In this document: positions 1 through 12,700 of the stretch, piece after piece
Layout: the number at the start of each line of letters is the position of its first letter
Position numbering within the stretch: the stretch's first letter is position 1
Origin: Paramecium tetraurelia
Taxonomy: Eukaryota
Length of the DNA stretch: 64,000 nucleotides
NCBI GenBank assembly: GCA_000165425.1
Contig: CT868047.1
Location: forward strand, 1-64,000
Reading direction: 5' to 3'
Notes under the pieces: model-generated
The model's database searches: none
The model's input: only the letters and a program-made list of their open reading frames with translations
What the model was told of the DNA's origin: nothing
Translations under genes and position numbers: made by a program

Positions 1-9
1 CCCAAACCC
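1..9. repeat. Probable telomeric repeat remnant (C3A3 / G3T3 type), chromosome end
   Basis: Window starts CCCAAACCC, matching the C-strand of the Paramecium (TT[T/G]GGG)n telomere; followed by gene-poor AT-rich DNA. Only 1.5 units are visible. Confidence 0.5.
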
Positions 10-624
10 TCGTGGAGAAAAGGTTTTAAAAGATTTTTAATTGGATAATCTCCGGGATGATAAGAATTTATCAGCATGCGCAATGCACATATAAAAAAAT
101 GGTTACCCTAACTCTATTACTAAGATCATTGATGCCAATGTAGTTGTCCATAGATGGGACTAGGTTATTTTTTTTATTTATTTTTTATTTTTTAAAAGCT
201 TATAATTTACAATTAATCTTTGAAACATAAATCATTAAATTAATTTCCTATATAACTTGGATAAATTTTTTTTTTTGAAAATATTTGTTAGTTTACCAAA
301 CATTGATTTTTGTTCTTTTTAGTTTGAAAAGAAATTGCTTAATTTAATCTTTCTTGTATTCATTTTGGATTTGAGACAATTTTAATGCTAATGAAGAAAT
401 AGGACAAAAATCTATTATCAACAGAGGTCGATTAATTTTATTCCTTTTTTCTCAAATTTAAGGAGTTAAGAAATTCAAATTCAAATTTAATATTGCTCAG
501 GTATTATAAAACAAACTAATCATTATAAATAGTTGTGAAATCATAAATTATTAGATAAGAAAATGAATTATATCATGAAATTTAGGATTACTAAGTCTAA
601 TTTAATTATGTATTTAATAAAATA

Positions 625-1690
625 ATGCAAATATCTATATATTATTCTTATGCTCTAACATGTATGGTTTATTACAAAGAATAACCCTTTGAAAGAGAAT
701 AGATTCCTACAAGTTTTAAGTTGAAGTGGCATTATAAAAACTTTCTTGATTTTCTTGTTAAATATGAGAGAAGTTAATTACCTTTCAATTTATATTAAAG
801 AAAAGTTTGTAATCTTCTTTTTTAATAAAATTATAATAGCATCTCTGGTATCCTTTAAGAAAATTATATTTCTGAAGTCAAAATTTTACGAAATTGTTTA
901 ACAGACAACGCAGAGGTTTGTAATATACTGAATTTACTGTTGTTGGATTAACAAACGGCACGTTAGATAGGTGTGGGTCAGATCCTCATAATATATATAT
1001 AGGCCCATATGGATATTATTTCAAAGTAAGTAAAACTTTTATGAATGTTCCACAAAACCATTTAATTGAATGGTAGGTAGGTCGGAATGTGAAAGATGGA
1101 CTCTTGTGATATGGAAGGATAGGAGTTTTATGCAAATGAAATACAATTAGAAAGCCTCTACTTAGGTATTCACGATGGCACTAGGTTGTATTGAAATGAT
1201 TTTTGGGAGGATCAATACGCACCTGTAATCAGAAAGTTTTGAATACCAGGAACTGATCTAACTATCAAAATTAAAGATAATTTACAAACGCAAAATTAGG
1301 GTCCAGGGCTTGAAGAATTCTGGGATGGTATCAAATGATAAATATTTAGAATCTTGGTTATTTAGGGATATAATTTTGAGTCTTGCTGTACCTTATGTTA
1401 GTTTTTAAATTGAATGTAATTACACTGGAACATAATATTAAATATGTAAAGGAGAATAATCCAAGATGCTTGACGATATCCCTTTTGAAATCAAATCAAT
1501 ATAAATGGTTCCTGGAATTATTTTTAAATTGAAAGGTCCAAGTTATTTTGGAGGAGTTTTATAAGAAATTACAACTTCGACTGCTTGTTTGGACAACTAT
1601 TAAGTATTTTTCTATAATTTTCTATTTTTAGTTTCCAAATGTTATTCTAAAAGAATGAAGGATGTATAATCAGTTAAGGAAATTTAGAAA
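625..1690 (+). pseudogene. Degenerate subtelomeric gene remnant (Paramecium multigene-family-like)
   Basis: Protein-like stretches (TEFTVVGLTNGTLDRCGSDPHNIYIGPYGYYFKVSKTF; EFYANEIQLESLYLGIHDG; LTIKIKDNLQ) are broken by in-frame TGAs and frame changes not explained by clean introns. Confidence 0.4.
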
Positions 1691-2499
1691 AATTTCTCAT
1701 TTTAATTTACTTTTCTTCACTTTTTTGATAATAAAAATGGCTCATTTAAATATCATTTTTAAATAGTAAAACTAATATTAATAAAAATCGCAATTATAAT
1801 ATTATAATTTATCCTTTATTAAATTATTTGAGCAAAGGATGAAAATTGTTAATTTTATATTGTATCAAAGACCTATAATAAAGATTATAGCTGATTTTGT
1901 TAGTATATTTTAATGACTAGTACATTGCTTCTTATATCATAATACTTGTCCAAATTTATTCAGATCTCAACAGAGATATTAAATCAAATTTATCTTCTTT
2001 TTTAATTTCTAAACAATCAAGTTTGCATAATCTAAAATTTTTATTCTTTATATCCAAAAAGATCTTGGCGAAAAATGAATTTCTTATTTATCACACATTT
2101 ACACAATACTTTCTCATTAAATTTGTCAAATGATTCATTTTAAGCTAGAATTAAACTATCGGTGAAGCATTGCATTAATTTGATTATTATTAGGTAATTT
2201 GTATTAGTAAAACATTTTTAATATTTAATAGAATTTTAAATGAAAATTTAATTGTCATCTTATGAAATTATTGAAATACTTTAAATTTCTTTAAGGAAGA
2301 GTATTTATTTTTTAAGTGGAATTTACCTTGTTAAGTAAATATTTCAAATATTAATCTATGATATTTTATTTTCTTTCTTGTTGATAGTTCTATAGGTTTA
2401 TTCCAAAATGAATATTACTGATTAACTCTTAGGTGATCAATAGTATATCACTCACTCAATTAAAATAGATTTAATAAATAAATAAATAAATTAATTTTA

Positions 2500-4072
2500 T
2501 CATTTTAATGCTGAAACAAGTAATACTTCTGCATCCCTAAATCTTTAGTTCATCGAAGAACAATTTAAAACAACAATTATCGCTTCTAGATTCTCATTTT
2601 TATAATATCCTGTGAAGCATGGCCCTGCATTAGGAGTCACACCTGTCTTTACGCCCATCCAGCCTGACTTTTTAAGTAGTTTGTTTGTATTTTTCCATTT
2701 GTAAAATGTTGACTTGCTCCCTTTATCAGTTAAGGCATGAGTCTTAAATATTTTTGTTGTTATGATTTCTAGGAATACTTCCAATTATATGCATTTTTCA
2801 ATTAATTTACTAAATATGATGGAACTACTCATACCTTATATCATGAGGACAGGATACATTCTTTTCATCATTCAAACCATGAACTGATGAGTAATTTGTG
2901 TTTTCCATTTTAATTGAATTTGCGTGTTTATTCATTTGATCGAGGAATGTATGTTTAAGTAACTTCTTGTTTCTTTCAATTTGTGGTTCTATGTCGATAA
3001 TCGCACCTTTCAAATACCTATTATATTAATAAATCTCTGTTTTTTGCAATATCATCAAATATGCTATAGTGAAACCCAATACAAGTGCGGCATCATTTCC
3101 AGAAGGTAACATAAGAGCGAATAGCAATTGCTTAATTGTTAATATGCCTCCTGCATTTAAAAAGGCACTAGTACCATCAATGCATTCAGCATGGCCTGGG
3201 ATTTTGATTTTGATTTATTCAGGCTCAATGTTGCATTCTTTTAAGTATGTTAATGTAGTATAACAGGTCATTATTTTTGTGATACTGGCTACTTCCCCTT
3301 TTTAAAATTCTTGCCAGCCAACTTATTTATTAAAAAATTTTTCATTCTTCTATTTCGTGAACATGACCCATCTTTTAGCGCTGACTTTATTTTTAATAGC
3401 AGGAATAGCTTAATGAACTGATAATGATACGGTAAGTTTGTTTGGAAAAATCTTTTAGGTCATTAGACTTGTTGCAGTTTTGATAACATTTTTGGGTTAC
3501 CTCTATGCTAATTGAGATTCTGCTAATATATCAGTTTTAAGAATTACTAGATTAAGGTTCTTTTTGTTAACTTTATGCGTAAACCCTCATTCTTTCTCTT
3601 ATCAATTAAGCTGGCAGATTGGGCAAAGTAGGTTAAGGATTTATTGAAATTTATTGTTCTGAAAATTCCTCAGACTATATGGTTTGTCCATTGGCGTATT
3701 TGTTCTTCTTCTCTTCTTAAGCAATCATATGTAAAGCATCTAAGTAAGTGTCCACAAATACATACTCAGATTAGTTTTCATATCTTCTCTATATCCATAA
3801 ATAAAACTAAATTATACATTAGCTTTTTTTATAGGATCATTGAGTATACACTATGCGTCATGTACATAAAATTTTAAAACATGTGGAGATCTTTTCGGGG
3901 ATGCTTTAATTTTTGCACTCTGCAATCCTCTAACCTTTAACTCTGGAAGCGGAGTATTAGGAACATCGCTAAGTTAGTTTGATCCGCTTGTGTTTGCCAT
4001 TTGAGAATGAACACTTTTTCGATGAAATTTCGATAAGGAAACAGAGAATGCATCTTTAGGGTTAGCATTCAT
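2500..4072 (-). CDS. Serine-type D-alanyl-D-alanine carboxypeptidase (peptidase S11, PBP5/DacA-like) with long N-terminal extension, ~515 aa
   Basis: All three PBP motifs are present: SxxK (GEVASITKIMT ~3270-3295), SxN (LMLPSGNDAA ~3088-3115), KTG (GVKTGVTPNAGPCF ~2625-2655), plus SVHGL. One 25-nt intron (~2810-2834). Confidence 0.9.
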
Positions 4073-4387
4073 ATTACAATATTAAAATATTATATAATAA
4101 AAATAAAAAATTATTTTAAGAGAAAGATTTTTCGCTTTATGAAATGATTTTAATGATTCTACATTTATAAACTTATCATTTAAAAGTTCTGTCATTAAAG
4201 ATTTTAATATCAAGAAATTATTATTATTACTATTACCTAAATATGGCTTGCATGGTGTTAAAAATTATCGTTGTTAATACAAATTCAATAACTAGCTTTT
4301 TATTCAAGGCAATAATCATTCAAATTATCTTTTGATTCAGTAATATAATACTATAAATTATATTTATTAATTCAAATAACAAAAATA

Positions 4388-5772
4388 ATGCTTTCTGATA
4401 TAGAATAAACTTAAAATAGCTGCTAAGTTTGTAAGAAATAAGACGTAGAATTATCAAGATGCTCTTCTTGCAAATAAATTTATTATTGCTCAATAGAATG
4501 TCAAAAAAAAGATTGGAAAGAACACAAATTTATTTGTTCTGAAATACAATTGAAATAACAGAGAGAAAAATAAAGAGCAGAAAGAAAAGCATAGGGAAAG
4601 AAAGCTATTGAAGATTTCGCAGATTTCGAAGTTTTGGGTCATGGAAATTTTTCAGATATCTATAAAGTTCGAGAAATTGAAACCAATTAAGTCTATGCAT
4701 TAAAATAGATAAATAAACGAAAGCTAACCTAAGTTAACAAGGAAAAAGATGTTTATATGGAAAAACATTGTTTAGGCAAGCTTACAGATAATCCGTATTG
4801 TATTAGGTTATATTCAACATTTCAGGATGACGAAAATCTGTACATGCTTATGCAGTATGTTGATGGTGGAGAATTATGGTAACAAATTCACAATTTTGGA
4901 GCCAGGGCTTTTCCACTTTGTCTATACTATATTAGTGAAATAATTAAAGGTAATTGTTAATTTGACAAAAGCAATAAATTCTATCCATAATATTGGTATT
5001 GTTCATAGAGACATAAAGAGTGAAAACATACTATTAACGTAAGATAAAAAAATAAAGTTTATTGATTTTGGAACTGCAAGAGACATGAATGATCCAACCA
5101 TTGAAGGAAGTGGAAATGGTAGAAAAGGTAAGAAATTTGAATTAATTATAAAGGAAAGCAGGCTTTTAAACATTTTGTGGGAACTCCTTAGTTTATGGCA
5201 CCTGAATGCATAAGGAATAAAGACTCGAATGAAAAATCAGATATTTATTCATTAGGTGTGTTATTTTATCATATTGTTTTTGGTAAGTATCCCTTTGATG
5301 GGAAAAGTGATTATTTGGTGTTTTAATAAGCATTGGAAACGGAACTTCAGTTCCCAGAAGGTTGGATAGACAACGAATAATTTAGAAGTCTTATTCGAAA
5401 GATGTTGTAAAAGGATTCTTAGGATAGACCAACTCTGGCTGAAATAATGCAGGATTAATTGTGGGGTGAGAATTTCGATTGGAATGCAGAGTAAGGTACA
5501 GTTATGATCTTTAGTTAGACTATTAGACTGTTTTAAATGGGTTGAAGGAGATTGATAAGTTTACTTTTGATTTTGCTTTGGAGTTGAACAATGCTGAGAA
5601 ATTGGAGGAGAAGATTTGCGTCAAGTATGAGATTAATAAGGTTTTGGGGAAGTACGAGAAACTGATAAAGGATGAAGATTATTAGAAACGATTCAATTAC
5701 ATGAAATAGATTGTAGAGTAGAATTTGTAAAATAGAAAAGATGAAGATGAGGAGCCGTAATAATTTAGATGA
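4388..5772 (+). CDS. MYND zinc finger fused to an AGC (PDK1-like) Ser/Thr protein kinase, ~437 aa
   Basis: N-terminus CQVCKKQDVELSRCSSCKQIYYCSIECQKKDWKEHKFIC (MYND consensus); kinase motifs LGHGNFSDIY, YALK, HRDIKSEN, IDFGTA, FVGTPQFMAPE; three short introns. Confidence 0.88.
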
Positions 5773-5802
5773 TTACATGAAATACAATTTACAAAAAGAG
5801 AA

Positions 5803-6646
5803 TCACTATATTCTAAATTGTTTTCTTTGATTTGAAATGGATTTGACTTTCAAATCGATTTATTAAGCTTCCTATCTAATTTAGACATAATTTCGAACAA
5901 GCTTTTCATTTTATAGATATAATTATTCCAACAATTGTAATTATTAGTCTGTGTTCCCTAATTGATAGAATTTGTGTCTCTAAACTCTGCTATTTTCGAT
6001 GATGGAAAATAATGATTATCGAAGACTATTTAATTCTTGATTTTCGCTTCTCTGATAGGTTTCGTTATTTTGAGCCTTAAACTTAGAATATCTGTTTTGA
6101 TATTGTTCAAGGTTAGATTGAAGTTTATCAACAATTTCGACCTTAATTTAATTTTAAGGGAGATTAGTACGCAATTTGATTTGTTTAGGCAAGTTCTCTT
6201 CTTCCTCAAATTATGTGGAGACAATTAATGAATTTTTGGAAACCATATTGGAGATAGATCGAGTTCGCTTATACTCAATTTACAAATACTTTTGAAGTTA
6301 ACTTGGTTTGCGGTTCCAATTTATTTTAACTTAAAGAACTTTTGCGTCTGTTTTCGGTATTGAATCTGTGATGTTTTTATTTTACGCTATTATTCGATAA
6401 CTTTTTGATTAACTCTGTTGTTTATTAATTTAGTGATGCCACATTTTTGGGAGAGTTTTTTTGATTTCTGGCACTAGGAGACCTCGATTGTTTAATTGAA
6501 GGTAATTTGAGGTGTTTGTAAATTTGGGGAGATATCAAATGATTCGATTGCAACGGAGAGATATTTGTTCGTGTATTTCTGACTTCAACTGAACGATCTA
6601 TAGATATTCGAATTCTGTTATTGTTTGAATCTTATCTCCTTTGCAT
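5803..6646 (-). CDS. Hypothetical basic, low-complexity protein
   Basis: ATG at 6646 opens MQRRQDSNNNRIRISIDRSVEVRNTRTNISPLQ... in code 6; TGA at 5803; no recognisable domain; internal exon structure not fully resolved. Confidence 0.6.
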
Positions 6647-6771
6647 TAAATATTTATTAATAAAAAATATACATTTTCCGTCAATCACTGACCAGTGATA
6701 CCTGGTGATCTCTATAAACAATATTTAGAGTCATTTGAGATTGAATGAATTAAACAAATTATTTTAATAAA

Positions 6772-9700
6772 ATGAGTCACTCTCTTAAAGAAGCTAATTA
6801 CAGTGTTAATTAAGTCGAATGTGAAATCCTATAAGAATATTTAGGATAGCCCAAGGCTTAGTCATTAATGTATCATTTCCTAATCAATCTTCTTCTAGAT
6901 AGTAATTTGCCAAGTCTTCTGAATTTAACATATTGGTCACACCTTCAGGATTAGTGGTATAATGTTGTGGGAACACAAATATCATCAAGAAATTTGGTAC
7001 TCTTCAAATGTCTAAGGGTACACATATTTGGGAAGTTATAGCAATATATGATTGTAGTTAGATGCAAGTAATCATTGATAATCATTCAAGATTGGAGTGA
7101 GTACTGTTAGTAAGCCAGGACAGGAGAAAGTTTACGTTTAGTCGTTCACAGCAAGCACAATAAGAACGATCACAGTTATTCTAAACATTGAATTGGGAGA
7201 AGTTAATTTTTATTTGAATGGAAATCATAATTAAAAAAAAACACTGCCTGTTGAAAAGAATGCCATTTACGTCCCTCTAGTATAATTTGCACCACACGGG
7301 AAAGTTGCAGCTCTGAACCCTTTTGCTTAGCATCCAAATCTTAATTATCCAAGAATTAAATGTTTGCCACTTAATTTATTTACCAAAACAAATGAGTTTA
7401 AGATGCCAAATTAGGTTTTTACAGGCAATCTCTCTAATATCGAACTAAAAGAGTTCAAACCCAACTAAATGATCAAGATTTCAAACAACTTTATCTACTT
7501 CCACAATAACAAAATGAAATTGCTGAGACCCAAATTAGGATAATCAAATATTCAAGAAACATAATTGGTTAACTTATTTAACAACAAACCTGAGACTCCA
7601 CAGTCTTTGATTTCTATTAGATTAATGAAATAGCATTACGAATTAATTTCAACAGCGTTCACCTGGAAGAAATCATTAACCAATGGATTTACAAACCAAA
7701 ATATGATAGAATAGTTCCATTACTATTGGTTATAAGCAAAACAGTTTGAATCGCAAGTGCTAATTTAAATACCATACATTTTGATGAAATAAATAGTTCT
7801 ATCTCAATTGGAGGAATATGAATAAGACTTTGGACTTATCCTAAAGTAAGATGAATAGGTGGAGAGCTGCAAAGTTCTAAAGATAGTTCGAGTATTATTA
7901 GAAATAGATGAATAATTATATGCCATGACATTAAACAACTAGGAATTTGAAAAGTTCAATTCTACTACTTCATTTAATTTGGTGCCAAGGATATTCTCCT
8001 AATTTCATAGATTACACACCTTCCTGGATTCCAATAATTATCCCTATGATATCATATCACTAACAGAACTAGGATTAATGAAGCTCCCTGGTTTCTCAAA
8101 TCTATTTAGACACTTTACCAACTACAGACATCAAATTGAACCAATAACATATCAGAATGATCTATCTAGTATTTTGCCAGCTGAAAAGATCTACAGTTAC
8201 ATTGATATTCCATTAGCTTTGACAATCAATAATATTCCATATGTAGATTTGGAGCCCAACTTGCAAATGGTAAAATCAGTCAACGATTCAATTTATTTCT
8301 CACTTATAAATGAAGAAGGAAGGATACAAGTATGGAATGGAGAATTAAGTTTACACAGATGCTTATAATTTAATCTCAGATCATTTGAAGAGAAAGTTGA
8401 AGATTAGAATTCATTGGCTCCATTGTTTGCTGAACCATAATCAGAGAATAATCCTTCATCAAATATTGAAAATCAAGATAGTCAAAGTGAGGAAGCTTAA
8501 GAAGCTATTGTTCCAAATGAAGATTTATTAGAATAACTTTACAATATGGGTTTTTCAATAGAGGCTTCAAAGCAAGCATTGATAGAAACCAAAAACAAGA
8601 TCGAGGAGGCCATTGAAAAAGTATTCACAATTGAGGAGCAAAAAGCTAAAGAGAAATAACAATCACAATAATAAGAAGTTAAATTACCTAAATTAAAACC
8701 TTATTGGACTTGCAAGGAATGTACACTACTTAATTCAAATGAAAATCTTAAGTGCTAAGCATGTGATGCCTAACCTCCCTAAGATGCATTTGAAAAGGAA
8801 ACCGCCATTGTAATCTAGGAACAGCAATTAGAATAGCAAACAGAAATTACAGAGGAAAAGATTTAAAAGATACAAGAGGATAATAATGAAAAACTTCGAA
8901 ATATTTTCAAAACCTCGAAATTATCAAATCTTATTTAAATCAGTCTATAAAAACCATTTAGACATTTACTATTTGCCCATGTGTTTACCACAGAATAATA
9001 ATCGTATTTAGTTCTTAACCGATTCTTCCAGAGTATCAAATACTTAGGTTAATTTTTTAGAACAAATAATGAGGGAAACTATTCTATACTAACGAATAAG
9101 TCATATTCATAAATAGGCAATTATTAGAACTTGTTAAAATTACTAAATGAAGGAGAGAATAGTAGATTCATATATGAAACCTTATACCCAGTTTTAACTG
9201 TAATTATGATGTTATATATTGTTAGCAATCGCAAGAAGAATTTGAATTTAAAGATCAAATCATTTTAGCAATAGATGAAACCATATCAAACCTATTTTTC
9301 CAAGACGACATGATTGTTATTTAAGGAGCCACAAAGATTTGGGAATGTGCCTTATTTGAAGGTAAATTATACAATTATCATATAAGGTGAAAACTATCAA
9401 CCAAAATTGGCAGTTGCCTAAAAGTAAGAAAAGGCAGTTATTACAAATCAATTGGAAGAGGCCATAGAAAAGGAATAGGCTGTTATTTAATAAAATGAAG
9501 TGGTTGAATCTTTTGATGATTTGACAAAATTAACACCAGAGGAGATCTCTGATTTGGCTAAATTGAATGAACATCAAGATGTCTACTTCCAACCTATTAG
9601 CAATAACCCCATGCTCTTATCATAATAGAAGGGGGATTCTTGGGCCAATATCATTGTAGACGTTGACCAATCCAGTTAGAATTAGATTGAGTTAAATTTG

Positions 9701-12700
9701 GTCAATTAATAACAAATGATGAAGCTATTTGTGACAGGATTCAGTGACAAAAAGTCTCAGTTTAAATCTGAAGGATGGGTGTCTATTGATGGATTGAAAC
9801 CTGAGAAAGATGATCAATTGCCCCTTACTATCTTTACCCACAAGGGATCTCAATTTAATGTTCAATAGTGCATATCCAAAATATGCTTTGTTTAATAAGA
9901 AATATTCTCCACTGTTTATTCAAAGCCAGAATTTATCTTCAAGCATCTACATGGGAAATTGATGAGTTTTTCTAAGTTCTAAGTTGCAAGTCCAAATAAA
10001 TTTTAAAATACAGGAGTGCCTCTAGGATCTGGTTTGATATTTATTGGAAACAACGCCAATGACTTTTTGTATTGTTAGAAGTTTTCGAATTTCAACAAGG
10101 AAAAATATCAAGAATGGTTAAAGGAAAGGCAAAAGGATATTAGACCTTTGAAGCCTTGGGAACCAGTGGCCTTTTTTGAATTGGGGGCAAATGAAGAGTA
10201 ATTGACATTTTCCTTAGAGAATCCAAAGATTGGAAAATATGTGTTATTAATGACATTATCAGCAAAATAGACAGATCAAGTGAAGTTTGAGTAAAATCCT
10301 TTGACTTTGAATTATTTCGTTGCTTATGGTACTGTGGTGAAGGAAAATATGGGAGATTAATTAGTGTAAAGCCAACAATCCCTTGAGCTATTTAGAGACA
10401 TTACATTAAAAGTAAATGGTGCTGTTTTGGATAAGGATTAATGTTAATTCAGAGAGGACACTTATGGTAATTACAATAAATATATCTGTGAAATACCGGC
10501 ATCTTTATTAGCTAATGTTCAAAACATCAAAATCGAATTCCAAAAATCAGACATTAGTTTTCTCCAAATCAGTGGGCTCAAACAAAAAGATATCAACTAG
10601 AAACTTTTACAAAAACTTCCTTAGGCTCATCTGATTACGACTCTTATGCACGATGTAACTAAATATGATGAATTTAATTAAAAGTTAATGCAACTAATAC
10701 ATAACAATAAAGCAACTCAATAATAGAGATTTAGTGCAATAAAGGTGTTGTGCAAGTTGTTCTAAAGTATTCCTTAGTTTGTAACCATATGCTATAAAGA
10801 TTTGGATATTTTAGAGTTCATCAAGTTAAACTTACTTGCATAGTAATAGGAGGAAGAATCCAGTGTCTAAACTTTCTTTTAATTATTCTTATCAATCCCT
10901 GAGTTCAATGGTCAATTAGTCAAGGCAGTAAAAGACATCATAAACAATATCTTTACATTATCTGATATTATAAAACCAGCAGGATTCATCCAATTACTTC
11001 AGATGTTGAAGAAGTATGCTTCTTAGGACTCGAAAGAATATTATCCTTACATTTTAAGTCATTTAAAGCAAATTGCAAAGTTCATTCACAAGGTTGATTC
11101 ATCCTACTTCAATAAGTTGAATCAATTTTAGATTTTCTTAATGTTGACTGAAGAATAATTGTTTTCTGATAGATATTGTAAATTAACCTAATTTGCCGAA
11201 GACACTCCATTGATTTCTCAAGTGTTAGGAGAAGTATAAAAACAGATTGAAATCAGTAACAAAGAAAAGGTAGACCCTGAGAAACCTAACAACATGATCA
11301 ATATCGACATTAATATCAAGAAACCTCTATATTCAATCATTGTGTTCTCAAGATAACCTCATTATGACGAATATGTAATTGATCTGCTATCCTAATTCGA
11401 TGTCCATCAATTCTAATTAGTGTTTAATACTCCTTAGATAAGTTGTAGAGTAGTTAGGGTGACTTTGTTTAATGGTTAGACTAATTAGCCCATTTTGGAT
11501 GTCACTCTACCAGATTGGCTCCTAGTTTAATTAACAAAATATGCTGATTAGCATTCTGCAAATATGCCAAAGAGCAAACTGAATATTATGTCATGGAATA
11601 TAAAGGCTTAACAAGTGAGAACATTGAAATTATAAATAACATATTCATTAACTGCAGCTACTAGAACAAAGGAGGAGAGTAACATAGCTCCAAAGGAATT
11701 GTGCATCATTCCTTAATTCAAGGGATAATTGAGTTAAAATTTAGAGAAGTTTGGCCAAGACAAGGATCAGATTTAGAGTCAAGTGTTGTTTACAGATGGA
11801 GATTTTGTATTCGAGAAGGAGCTAGGTTTTCCCAATTCTTTGAAATACTAGAAATACAATAATCAAGGGTCTATTTACTTGGATTCAGCGCAGGTTTTGG
11901 GACTCAAACAAAAATACGTGATATTAAAAATAAAGGAATCAAATAATTTAAATGGTCCTCATACATAAATACAGTCATAATATTATAGAGCCCTACTTGT
12001 TTAAAAGCAGAAGGAATTAAAGTAAAAGTTGCAGCAAAACCAAGGCAAAGAAAAGATCCAAGACACCATTTAAATCATTAGGAAATTGTAACTTGAATTG
12101 ATCCAAGATCCAAATTCAAATATCAATCTTAGTAAATCCCTAGATTTCTTGTATACATATGCATACGAACTAATAAAGATATTAATTCATGCAGATTCTA
12201 CTTGTCAATAATGGAGATCAGACGTGGCTTTAAGAGAACAAGAAGGATTGAAGATGGCCTAATTAATTTACAAGACCTTTGTGTAGATGAATCAAGGACC
12301 AATCACAGATCTTAGTTTTTAATTGCTTAATATAATCTTAAGCAACTTGAATCTTAAGTATTGGATTCTATTTACATTTGCTCAATATCAGAAAATTGAC
12401 TAAGATGCCAACATTCTAAATACCTTGAAAATACTTCACATCCCAATATGTTAAACTATAATGTACATTTCAATAATTCTGAGCGAAAAGCAACAGATCA
12501 AACAAGCCCAATAGTTAATAGGGTTGGTGTTAACTAAGTTGGTGGACAAGCAATTCAACAACAAGGAGTTGGTGGATCCTCAAATGCAAATTAAACCATT
12601 GGGAACTCTGAGATCAACAAGTAGTTAAGATTTAGAGATAGGATAGGTGGAGAAATTAACCGATGAATGTTTCGAATTAACAAAACCAAAAGTATTCTCA

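Noticed and set aside
2500..4072. Bacterial contamination or prokaryotic island suggested by the PBP-like gene
   Set aside because: The gene uses TAA/TAG as Gln, has a spliceosomal intron and matches host base composition.
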